A stretch of DNA of 64,000 bases from Octopus vulgaris (Eukaryota): NCBI GenBank assembly GCA_951406725.2, contig OX597815.1:68200001-68264000 (forward strand), in the 5' to 3' direction. Positions 1 through 11,828 of the stretch are shown here, in pieces (within the stretch, counting starts at the first letter, position 1; each line of letters starts with the position of its first letter). The position numbers and the translations under genes are program-made. The notes beneath the pieces were generated by a model. It was not told the DNA's origin and searched no databases. It was given only the letters and a program-made list of their open reading frames with translations.

Positions 1-2429
1 AGTGAGGGGGTAATATATGAGAGAAAGCGCCTGGGCAGAATGGGTTTCTTGCTGCTGAGGAACCTCATGATTAGTCATATTTTAGAAGAGAAAGTGGAGG
101 TGGGTAGTTGGAAAGTGACATAAGTGGTGATGAGGTGTCAGAGTGGATCTTCGAAGTACAAGGTGGGTAGGAATAAGTAGGGCAGGGGTGCTTGTAGTGA
201 GTGGGTGGAGTAGGTTATGTCTAATGGGACAGTGGGAGGATAGCAGAATAAAAATGTTGATACAGGCAGGTGGATAGGTTGCAGGGTGGGTAGGTAAAAG
301 TGATCTATCTTGTGCTCTATGTTTTCAGTTAGTACATATTGTAAATTGAATTTCAGTTTTAATGAGAAACAATTTGGAGTTAAAATGTAAGATTTCTGTT
401 TGGTGCTGGAATTCTCACATTACTAAGAATTTATAAAAAATAAGCCACGACTGCTAATCAATACAGCCTTGTTTATAAATCATTTTGATATGGAATATTT
501 TGGAACTGAGGTTTGACTTCTACCTGTTTAGTGCTAAATCATAAAGAGATAAACTGGACAAGTATTAAAATGTCTGGTTTTTATGATATTTTTTCCCTTA
601 CATTGTGAATGGTTAAGAGCTATGCAGTAAAATTATTAACTGCTATAATGAGAATTGATACTGTGTGAAATATGCAATGGTACAGGTTAAATAATATCAC
701 TTTAATTTATCACAAGACTAATGTGAGAGAATTGTTATTCATCTGTAACTGTCCTTGTATAATTAAAACATTTTTTTAAAAAAAAGGAAACTGTTTATCT
801 TCAATATTCAGGCAGTTAAAATATGAAATAATTTATTTTCAAACATTTAACTTACATAAATTATTTCCATACACTTAAACTTCGTGTGAATTTCTAGTTT
901 TTTTTTTTACATGTTTGTTTTTCTATTTTCTGTTTTTTCTTTTTCTAATATGCTGGTATTCTTTATTTGTATGTCTTAATCCTGAGTTAGTTCATTTATG
1001 AGATCTTGTTCATAGGTCTGAAGTAATTACCCAAACCATGTCTGCAACCATGTGGTTTCAGGTCTAGACCTACTTTGGGCATGTATCCTCTACTGTAACC
1101 CTGGGCCAACTAATGACTTGTACGTGAATTTGGTTGGTGAAAACTGTGGAAGCCTTTTGTATATTATATGTATAAATATCACCATAATTTAACATTTTCA
1201 CTGATTTTATACACACACACACTAACATACCCCTGTGTGTGTCTTTGTTGGTTTGATTGCATTGCCATAACTTAGCAGTTTGGCAAAAGAGACTGATGAA
1301 ATAAATACCAGATTTAAAAGGAAAAAGAAGTACTGGAGTTGATTTATTTGACTAAAACTCTTCAAGATGGTGCCCAGTGTGGCAGAAGTCCAATGACTGA
1401 AACAAAAGAAAATAAAAGAAGTTAGAGACTACGAACTGGATAGAATAAATCATTTGATTGGACTTTCTTCTTCTGTGTTGTCCCTTTTGTCTTAATGATT
1501 TATATTGACAAAATCCTGCAAATTTGTAGTAGAGTGGGTATATTTAATTGAATTAATTCCAGCAAATGCATGTCCATATTTTTATTGACCCTGACAAAAT
1601 TTGAATTCAAAACTAAATACTGAATCGCTCAGCTCTCTATGCCATTCCTCTTCCCTTTGTCCTAACATGGCCACATGGGAAGAGGATATAAGTTGTAACA
1701 CTTATTTTTCTCATACTTATATTGTCTTCTTCACTGATATTTTACATTGATCACCACCTCACCAGTCACCAAATTTTCTCCTCTTCCACCATATCTCTTT
1801 CTCTCCTAACTTCTTGCAACCTGCTCAACCACATGTCATCTCCCATTTTTTCCCAGTCTACTGTACCATCATTACTATTCTGCTGCTCTTCATCCTCATG
1901 CCACCGCAACTGTTTATGCATCATTCACTACATCTACCTTCAAAATTTGTTCTTCATTCATTATATTCACACATCCCTCAACCATTCCCCATCCCTCAGT
2001 CTCCCATACACTATTGCAACCTCTACCCACCCATGTTCCATATTTCTTCTATCTACCTCATATCTTGAGGGTCTACCCTGGCACCTCATGACCTACTTTT
2101 ATCTCTTTCCAGCTCCACCCCAATCACTTCCCACCTTTTCTAAAATGTGAGTAATCATGTAGCTCCTCTAAAGCAAGAAACTTATTTTGCTCTAGCCCCT
2201 TCTCTCATGTATTAACCCCTCATCTCCTAACATAAAGCTGATTCACTTGGGTTATGTAGTCTTGCAACCTACATGGCAATCCCACCCGTGCTGGTGCCAT
2301 GAAAAAGCTCCTAGTACATACTGTAAAGGGACTGACATTACGAAGGGCATCCAGCTATAGAAATCATACCAAAGTAGATAGTAGGGCATAATGCAGATCC
2401 TGTCAAACTGTCCAACCTCTGCCAACATA

Positions 2430-3666
2430 TTAGGTTCCTGCTATTTTTTTAATTTAATATTTTTTAAAAGATTTAATAAAAAATAACTAATTAATCAATA
2501 ATGTATTCACCCTTGTTTACAACTTCTTTCCAAAGTTCAACAAGATTTTCAATACCTCGTTGGTAGAAATCACCTGATTTCGACTTAAAAATTGATCCAA
2601 CGAAGCTCTCAATTCTGCATCAGAATTAAACAAAACTCTGTGCATAGCATTTGAAAGAGATCGAAAAGGTGGAAATCCATTGGTGCCAAATCAGGAGAGT
2701 ATGGCTGGTGTGGAAGCACTTCCCAACCATGCATTTGAATGGCTTCCTTGGTCATATTGGCGATATTAGGGTGGACATTGTCGTGCAGAACTCCATGCTG
2801 CCGATTAGGTCTTTTCTCTTGAATAGCCATGTTGAACCGTTCCCTCTGTTGAACATAGTTCCACATTGACCGTTTGGTTCTGTTCAAGCAATTTGTAGTG
2901 GATAATTCCTTCCCAGTCCTACCATATGCACAACATTGTTTTATGCGGATGAAGATCTTGTTTCACACGCGGTATCACTTGTTTACCGGGGCTAAGCCAT
3001 TCCTTACGCTGCTTCATATTGATGTACAGGCACCACTTTTCATCGCCAGTAACAATTTGCTAAAGAAATCGTTGCTTGTGTCCATGAGTTGAGCGGTGAC
3101 AAGCAAGCAAACCAACAGAGATTGTGGCTCATTGAATTTTGTTATTGTCACTTAAAGCATGTGGAACCCATGCTCCATACTTCTGAACCTTTCCCATCAA
3201 GTGAAGATGCTTCTCTATAGCAGTGTGGGAACATTCCATTTTCTCTGCCAGTTCCCTTGTCATTTGACGAGAATTTTCGTGCAAAAGTTGGTTTAATCAC
3301 TCTTCATCGAACTCAACTGGACAACCAGAACGAAGTTCGTTTTTGAGGTAAAAATTACCATTTTTGAACTTGACATACCAATCATGAGTGGCTCTTTCAC
3401 CTATGGCACCCTCTCCATACACAGCACAAATGTTGCGAGCAGCTTTTGCAGCCTTAGAACCTTGATTAAAAGCAAAAAGAAGGAGGTGTCAAAAATCCTT
3501 GTTTTTCTTAACTTGACATTCCATTTTAATGATCTGAAAATTTAACAAAAATTAACTAAAATTAACTAGGAAAAAAAAAACAAAAAAACACAATAGATTC
3601 CAAAATGATTCAAAAATAGATTCCAAAATTTAAAAAAAACAGCAGGAACTTAGTTTCCCAACCCAA
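2430..3666 (-). mobile_element. Mariner (DD34D) transposon, near full length, decayed
   Basis: TA flanks at 2428-2429 and 3667-3668. The right TIR reads TTGGGTTGGGAAACTAAGTTCCTGCTG on the minus strand; the left TIR (TTAGGTTCCTGCT) has an internal deletion. It contains a transposase pseudogene. Confidence 0.9.
2491..3524 (-). pseudogene. Mariner transposase pseudogene
   Basis: Minus-strand reading gives MECQVKKN..LLLFAFNQGSKAAKAARNICAVYGEGA, WVPH, VTGDEKWCLY, LHDN, YSPDLAPMDFHLF and ..GEYIID*, with stops and frameshifts. Confidence 0.9.
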
Positions 3667-3821
3667 TAGAATATAGATACTAAATAATAATGATGTGAAG
3701 TTTTGACACCACGCAGTGAACTCTTGTTTACCAAAACCTGTCAATCTGCTGCACCATTTCTTGAAAATTGTTGTTTAGCCCAGATCGGCTAAATTTTGCC
3801 AATTTGAATAATTCTTTTTAA

Positions 3822-4035
3822 TTTTGGTGCAAGGCCAGCAATTTTGAAGAGAAGGGGCAAGTCACTTTCATCCCTGAATCCCAGTACTTGATTGATACTT
3901 CATTTTATCAATCCTGAAAGTTTGTAAGGCAGAGTCAACCTTAGAGGAATTTGAACTCAAAATGTAAATCCAGAAGAAATACCACCAAGTATTTTGTCTG
4001 ACATGCTAATGATTCTGCTAGCTTGCTGCTTTAAT
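3822..4035 (-). mobile_element. tRNA-derived SINE, (TTA)n-tailed family
   Basis: Reverse complement of the units at 18330-18775: GCAGAATCATTAGCATG...TGAGTTCAAATTCC...GGTTGACTCTGCCTT...GATAAAATGAAGTATCA. Confidence 0.7.
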
Positions 4036-4599
4036 AATGATGATAATAAAAATAATGATATTAGCACTACAGAATAGAACAGGATGTTAGCAATTTTTCA
4101 AGTGTTAAATAGTGAGTTTTATTTTAGTTCTGTTACAGGTTGTTAAAGTTTTCCAACAGCAGCAGCTTCATGTTATCCAATCAAACAAGCCAGAGTAAAT
4201 TGCTTCTGAAATGAAAGAGTTAAATTTGTCTGTGCCTGCTAGAATCCCATCCCCCTGTGTCCTGCATGCTTCTATGTAATTTCTTTTACAGAACTCTTGA
4301 GAATACTGGAGTTACTTTTTCTTATTTATGCTATTCCAAGTTCTTTGCTTTCTATAGATAAGTTATCTTCATACCTATGTACTATTTTAAACATTATCAT
4401 TGCTTACAAGTTACATTATGGATGGATATGTGGTAGTGGTTTCCTTTCATACTTGGAATACCTCTAATAGTTTTTTTTTTTCATATTTTTTTGGTGAGGG
4501 TTTTCATCTTTCTTTTTCTCTCTCTTTCATCATTGAGATTTAATATTTTATTCCTTTCTCCTAGTCTAGTTTATTGCACCTTGTAACCAGCATTCAATT

Positions 4600-5160
4600 T
4601 CATCATCATCGTTGTGTGACATCAGCTTTCCATGCTGGCATGGGTTGGACGGTTTGACTGAGGACTGGCGAGCCAGAAGGCTGCACTAGGCTCCAATCTG
4701 ATCTGGCTAAGTTTCTACAGCTGGATGCCCTTCCTAACACCAATCACTCCGAGAGTGTAGTGGGTGCTTTTACGTGCCATTGGCATGAGGTACTGGCAAT
4801 GACCATGCTCAAAAAGTGTTTTTTATGTGCCACCTGCATGGGAGCCAGTCCGGCGGCACTGGCAACAACCATGCTCAAATGTTGTTTTTCACGTGTGCTA
4901 GTAAGGCGATGCAATGATCATGCTTGAATGGTGCTTTTTACTTGTTACCAGCACAGGAGTCAGTCAGTGGCCCTGGTAATGGTCATGCTTGGATGGTGCT
5001 TTTAACATTCCACTGGCACGAGTGCCAATCAGGCAGTACTGTCATCAGCCACATCAGCGATTTTGATTTCACTTGCCTCAACAGGCCTTTGCAAGCAAAG
5101 TTCATTGTCAAGTGAATGAAAGGTACTCATAAGTGGGTTGGTTATACACCACTGGCATAG
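4600..5160 (-). mobile_element. RTE LINE 3' UTR/tail
   Basis: Same sequence that follows the RTE ORF end at 15280-15532 and 41050-41570: GTGCC-n-GGCACGTAAAAAGCACC repeats, GGAAGGGCATCCAGCTGTAGAAAC and a (GAT)n tail. Confidence 0.8.
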
Positions 5161-5164
5161 TATG

Positions 5165-5910
5165 TGAAACCACCTCTGATACGTAGCACTTGATCAACAT
5201 GGGAGTTCGATGCCACTGTCCGCATCTGTGTTTCCTGCCGAGAGGTATGTTCATCTGGGACCCCTGACAAGAAGAGATCCAGTTTAGTTTTAAAGAAACC
5301 CACATCCACACCATGCAGGTCTCTGAGGCATTTAGGAAGGATATTGAAGAGCTGTGGTCCTCTGAAACCCAAGCTGTTGCAGTATCTGGTCCTGTATTTT
5401 GATGGTGATGTTGGGATCTTTGGCACCATGCAGTGGCGCCCCGTTCTGCTGTTGGGGTAACTTTGAATGCCAAAGTTTAGGACGAGACCCTCCTGGATTT
5501 TCCAGATGTATATCACTGCATATCTCTCTCGCCTTCGCTCCAGAGAGAAGAGTTTTAATACTTTCAGTCTTTCCCAGTAGCTGATATGTTCATTGAGACG
5601 ATCTTCTTAGTGCCGCTTCGTTGGATTGCTTCAAGTTCTTTTAACTTTATATTGTGTGGTGACCATAGTTGGGAGCAGTAGTCCAAGTGGCTGAGGACGA
5701 ATGTTTTCCAAAGGACGATCAGTGTCTCCTTCTCTCTTGTTCTGAAAGTTCGGAGAATCCATCCAGCTAGTCGTCTGCATTTTATTACCAAATTAGTAAT
5801 ATGCACTTGGAAAGATGCATCATTGCTCATGTCAATGCCCAGGTCACGCACTGATTTTGACTCAGGAATTACAATTCTTCCCGGGCCAGTGTATCTGGTC
5901 TGCATGTCGT
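5165..5910 (-). pseudogene. CR1/L2-group LINE reverse transcriptase C-terminal fragment
   Basis: SVRDLGIDMS..GWILRTF..LSHLDYCSQLWSPH..LEAIQR, LFSLERRRERY..IYIWKI and GPQLFNILP..FKTKLDLFL motifs, with frameshifts. Confidence 0.85.
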
Positions 5911-5914
5911 TTTC

Positions 5915-6140
5915 CTACGGTATTGTTTCACTTATGACTCGTTATACGGAAATAGTGTAAGAGATTGGAGATTGCTCCAGGCTCGCATTAGGCAAGATGT
6001 TGAAAATTTTCTTGGCTCATGACACTGCATAGACTCTAAGTAAGGCATGTGTAAAATTTAAATGAAATCCATTGGGTTGTTCTTGAGTTTTAGTGATGCA
6101 CACATACAGACACACACACATTCTCAGCTTTATATATACC
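5915..6140 (-). mobile_element. Helitron-like non-autonomous element, 5' fragment
   Basis: The minus strand starts TATATATAAAGCTGAGAATGTGTGTGTGTCTGTATGTG, a layout like the 5' end of the element at 31854. No 3' hairpin/CTAG end was found. Confidence 0.4.
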
Positions 6141-6658
6141 AATACCTCCTATATATAGATATATATGAGAATAAATATATATACATATGTGTGTGACTGT
6201 GTGTATGTGAGTGATTGGTTGTGTGTTCTTTTATTCTTTTACTTTGTCATTGGACTGTAGCCATATTGAGGCATTGCTTCGAAGGGTTTAAGTCAAATAA
6301 ATCATCTTTGGTACTTCTTTTTTTTTAAGTGTGGTACTTATTCTATCAGTCTCTTTTACCATACTTTTTCTGGGATGTAAGCAAAACACAATAGCTTGAG
6401 AAGTGGTGGTGGAAGATGACATGTACACAAAAACATGCACACATAAGTATGACAGGCTTCCACATGGTTTCTATCTATCAAAGACACTTGCCCAAAATGC
6501 CATGCTGTGGAACTGAACTCAAAACCTTGTGGTTGCAAAATGAGCTCCTTCCCCACACAACAGTACCTGTGCCTATGTGAAGAAATGATTTAAATAAATA
6601 AATAAATCATGTTTTTCTGAACCCTATTGCAATTGTCAGAAAGTGTTTCTAACTCAAG

Positions 6659-6662
<4 letters not shown>

Positions 6663-6702
<40 letters not shown>
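6663..6702. repeat. (TA)n microsatellite
   Basis: Direct reading. Confidence 0.95.
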
Positions 6703-6705
<3 letters not shown>

Positions 6706-7732
6706 CATTGATTTCTAACAATTTTTACTACCAAACACTGCACACACATACTGTGGTCATCAACTTATATTTACTATATTCTCAAAATAAAGTTTCATAG
6801 ATTAATCAAATTAATCTATTAAACTTACTGAGAAATCATTTTAACATCCTCTTTTCCCAAGTGAATGTTAAAATGATGATTTCTTGCATTGATTGAAATT
6901 TGTTGAGGTGGATGTCTTTCTTGTGGCCCACCCTCACCTGTTTTTGAGTAAAGTAATATTTCCCCATGGTCAGATGTTTTTTCATGGAAGATTGGAAACA
7001 AAAGACATATGATGGTGATACTCGCTACAACTATCACTTGATGTCAAGGCAAGGAGACAGTAAAACAGATACACACATATACACATACACATGACAAGCT
7101 TCTTTCAGTCTGTCTACCAGCTCCAGTCACAAAGCTTTGGCCAAATCAGGGCTATAATGGAAGACCCTTGCCCAATGTGCCACACAGTTGAAATTGAACC
7201 TGAAACTATGAGGTAGCAAAGCAAATTTCTTACCACGACTGTCACAAATATATTAACAAACAATAAATATATAGAAACTTAATGCAGACTACATATTTGA
7301 TGGTATATAAGTTCATTTTCTTAATTTTATGTGTGTGTGTGTAATGAAGAGAATGAGCTTATAATGAATTCAATGAAAATAGTATATGATATCATCAAAG
7401 AAATAACTAGTGGTTTGAGATTGTAAAAACACATTTTAATCTCTTTATTTATCCAACTTTCGAACTCTCCCAACATACTCTGGAATCTTTTAAAGCAAAG
7501 CTACCAAAATAAAATAAATATTTTCTAAGTTTCCTGATTCAATGATAAACAACCAAAGAATCATTTTTGAGACATGAAATCATTAAAAAAAAAAATGTTG
7601 CTTTTGTTAAAATTGTGATTATTTTTACATCTGGTCATTTTAGTACAATAACATATATTTCAGTCAAATCCTTGTAGAGATGGACTGATTGTAAATAAAC
7701 ACCAACCTTTCTTAATATTAATTCTAAACTGT

Positions 7733-7997
7733 ATCATCATTGTTTTGCATCAACTTTCCATGCTTGCATGGGTTAGATGGAATTTGTTGAGGCAGATTTT
7801 CTACAGCTGGCTGCTCTTTCTGTCACCAGCCCTCACCTCTTTCCAAGCAAGTTTATGTTTTCCCATAGCCTGACTTGTTTTTCTTGGAAAACTGGAAATA
7901 AGCATTATTGCTGGTTTGCTTACAACATCGTTTTAAGACAAGAGTATACACACACACGCACACATATTTCTGTATGTATGTGTGTGTGCACAGTGTG

Positions 7998-8028
<31 letters not shown>

Positions 8029-8196
8029 ATATACACACACATACAATGGGATTCTTTCAGATTCCTTCTGCCAAAAGTCACTCTTCTACTATAGCCTGGG
8101 ATTATTGTAGAAGACACTTGCCCAAGGTGCCATGCAGTGGGACTGAACCCTAGACCTGATTGGGCACTAAGTAGTAAGCTTCTTAATCACACAGCC
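7733..8196 (-). mobile_element. Composite SINE: tRNA head + CORE-like body + microsatellite + RTE-like tail
   Basis: Head TGGCTGTGTGATTAAGAAGCT..GGTTCAGTCCCACTGCATGGCACCTTGGGCAAGTGTC; tail AGCCAGCTGTAGAAA..CCATGCAAGCATGGAAA..GATGAT. Similar copies lie at about 13367-13750, 52800-53122 and 63135-63545. Confidence 0.75.
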
Positions 8197-10076
8197 AAAA
8201 AAAAATAAATTCTAGCAATATATTCGATTTAGAAATTAGAGTAATGGTTTTTCTCTACACAATATTAATTCTTGATCACCAAATTCAGAGATTTTTCTTC
8301 AAGAAGCAATTCATTTCCTTAAAATTAAGTGTTAAATATATTTTAAGTAGTGAAAATTGTTTATTTAAAAAAGAAAGACTGGTTGGCATTAATACAACTT
8401 TTACTTTGATTATCTGTAGATGCTGAAACTAGAAACAACACACTGAAAGACCATTTATGGTAAACCTGCTTACAACAATACAAAAATGTAAAGCATTTTT
8501 ATGATTTTGTTCTCTTCAGCTTGGTATTGCTCTTGATTTCATTTCATTTCTTCGTTTCAGCATTCTTACTACTCATTAATTATTGATAATGCTACTACTA
8601 GTGACTTTTCTAATAGTAATAATAGCTTGTGTGTTGTGTTTTTTTTTTCCCTATCCACTTAGAGATGCTATCATACATGTCTAAATAAAACAAAGCATAT
8701 CCATGCACTTGATAACAATCTTGTAATAAGTTCCTAAAACAAAATACTCTAGATTCTGAAAATGATAACTTTTCCATTTTTAGCGTATATTCATCAGTAG
8801 AAATCCCCTCCCCCTTACATATACTTGATTCTCTAACTGTTTGCAAAACTTTTGTTGTTGTTAGTTATGGTCGTTTTCATATTCATGTATTTTTGATGTC
8901 TACTTTCAAATCTGGAATTTATATGCTATCTGAATCAGAAAATATTTAGCCATGTAGGAGACTGCCATATAATGTTAGATTAAGATAGGGTGGCTCCAGA
9001 AAATGTCTTTTTTTTCTCTTTTATTGTTGTTCTTTTTGTAAATTTGAGATAAAGACAAAAATATGTATACTTGGATAGGTGTGTAACATAGCGAGATTTT
9101 ATTACTTGTTGATTCAAAGAGAAAGGACTTATGAAGATCTTGTTGAGGCTACTCCATGGTAGAAGACATAGCAGTTTAGGTGTAACACTACCAATTATCA
9201 GTTAAGAAATAAAGACATATTGAAATGCTTGCATAATGAAAAATTTGGTTGTGGTAGAAGTTGATGCTCTTTGTACATTTTCTTTTTTCTGTTCTTTACT
9301 TTGTTTCATAATTGCATAGAAATAATTTTAGCTTTCATATCTATTAAAATTTATATATATTTTTTTAGCTTTCTGAAATGAGATATCATCCATGGAACAT
9401 CATTATATCATTTTTCTATGCTAACTGCATTTTTTTTTTGGTCATATATTATTCTATGAAGTTTAATTTTCTTCTTCCTTAACAATATTACCTCCAACAT
9501 TATCAATAAGTAAGTGAAGATGTGTGGCCTACTGGTTAGCATGTTGCACTCATAACAGGATTGTGGTTTAGATTCCAGGAATTGGTGGTGCATTGTGTTC
9601 TTGAACAAAACACTTCATTTTACACTACTCCAGTTCACTCAGCTGTAAATGAGTAACCCTGCAACAGACTGGTGCCTTATCACTTAGCAACAAACATCTT
9701 TTCAAACCAATGTGTTCATATCTTGTATGTGTCTAATGTGTTTTTCTCAGTTACCCACACACAATAGTTCATAGCATTTTGGGGTTGCATGTATTGTCAG
9801 TAGCTCCAGGGGATTTTGTCAACACAAAATAATGATTCCTTGTTTATTTCAATGAAGGTCTCATTACATGTTGTAGACCTGTTGGTTCTTTGGTTGTACA
9901 TTTTCTAAAGGAGAAACTGATCTCCATGTCTGCCCATCACATCTATTAGAAGGGAAGAAGGGGAGGAATCAAAAGGGGCAATAACCCATCACATTTCTGA
10001 AGGGGAAGAAAAAAGGTTGAGAGACAAATACAGTGAGAGAGAGAGAGAGAGAGAGAGAGTGTGTGTGTGTGTGTAA

Positions 10077-10490
10077 GATAGGTAGTGTTGTCATCATAGT
10101 AACTAAGAAGTTTTGATTAGAAATGCAGGGATTTTAAGTGCAAGTCTGTCAACACAATGCAATACAGGCTTAAAAAAAAAAGTAACTATATATTTATGTG
10201 TGTGTGTGTATGTAATATAGTTATCTTTTTGGCTGTTGGTGTGTGTTTCTGTGTATTTATTTAGAAGTGAGGAGAAAAAGTTCTTGAGAGAAATAGTGTG
10301 TGTGTATGAGAGAGAGAGATAGATAGATAATGTTGTCTCCATGGTGATGAATTTTGGTTAAAAACATGAGAATTTTAAGTGCAAGTCTATCACAATGCAG
10401 TACATACTTCAGAAAAAAAAACTGTGTGTGATACATGTAATCTTTTTGGTTATTTTTGTGTGTATGAATTTCTGTATGTCTTTCAACATA
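10077..10490. repeat. Diverged tandem duplication, ~240 bp unit
   Basis: GATTTTAAGTGCAAGTCTGTCAACACAATGCAATACA (~10130) recurs as AATTTTAAGTGCAAGTCTATCACAATGCAGTACA (~10371), with matching flanks. Confidence 0.75.
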
Positions 10491-11379
10491 TAGACAACTC
10501 AACACAGATTTAAAATAAGTCTTTCACTATAATGACAGGTTGTTATTGAGAGAGAGTGAGTGTGTGAAAGATACAATTAAAATTTGTATCAAGGAAAATA
10601 AACAGGTTGTTGTTGAGAATATCAATGTGATCATTGTAGAAGGATCTATTTCATCTTGACTAGGTTGTTATCCAGCAGCATAGCAACCACTAAGGACAAG
10701 TTCTGAATATAAAGCTTAAGAAGTACAGGGGGGGGGACACCTCTTTATGTAGGTATCACTATGAATTTTGAAAATATTGAAATGTAATTTCTACTGTACT
10801 TTTACTTGGGAGAACACCCAAAAAGAAACATTTTGATTCCTCATTTGTGAAATTTAGATTGAATATTTTAGCGATTACAACAATGTCATATCTTTGATAG
10901 TGAGGTGATAATCATCTTCAGATTAAACAAATGAATAGTACCATAGTATAGTAGCCTGTTATTTTTTCCAGGTTCTCGTAAAGAAAATTTGTTTTTGGCA
11001 ATTTTAAAAATATTTATGTAAAGCCTATTTTGGTACATGTCAGTCAATTTTGCAGTATTTTCAGACTTAGCTACATCCAAAAATATAAGCCACAGGAACT
11101 TGAGTTTTGGCACATTTGTAATAGGTAGAGAACTAAGTAAATCCTGAAATTTTGGAACATTACAGCATTTTCAATAAAATTTTAATGAACTATCAAAAAA
11201 CAGGTATAATGACAGTTTCAGATTGGGATGCCAACATTTTCTCTGTTTTGATGGGGGTGATCTTTTCATTTTTTTTCTTCCAGTCACAGTTCTGGAAATG
11301 ATAGAGGTAAGCTTTTTATGAAAATAATTTTTTGAAAATTTGATTCCCTTTCCCCTCCCCTTCCCCCTGGCAACTAAAG

Positions 11380-11828
11380 TGAGGTCGCAGCCATGCATGG
11401 TCGGCCCAGTTAAGAGTACCCCTGATGTGTCAGGCGATATGATATGCTTCAGAAGACCTGTTGAGTCAAGTAAAACCAATATCGTAGCTGTGGCCAGTGC
11501 CCCTTGATTGGCTCCCGTGTCGGTGGCATGTATAAAGCACCACCTGAATGTGGCTGATGCTAGTACCCCCTGACTGACCCCTGTGCCAGTGGCACATAAA
11601 AAACACTATCTGAATGCAATTGATGCCAGGCCCAACTGACTGGCTCCTGTGCCGGTGGCATGTAAAATGTACCCACTACACTCTCAAAGTGGTTGGCATT
11701 AGGAAGGGCATCCAGCTGTAGAAACATTGCCAGATCAGATTGGAGCCTGGTGCAGCTGCTGGCTCTCCTGACCTCAGTCAAACATCCAGCCCATGCCAGC
11801 ATGGAAAACGTTAAACAATGATGATGAT
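11380..11828 (+). mobile_element. RTE LINE 3' UTR/tail
   Basis: Three GTGCC/GGCAC-AAAAGCACC units, GGAAGGGCATCCAGCTGTAGAAAC and a (GAT)n end. Confidence 0.8.

Noticed and set aside
1722-2150. 142-aa ORF and similar Ser/Leu/His-rich ORFs (e.g. 25860-26316, 29044-29418)
   Set aside because: Translations of pyrimidine-rich low-complexity sequence with non-ATG starts, no domain motifs and no splice context.
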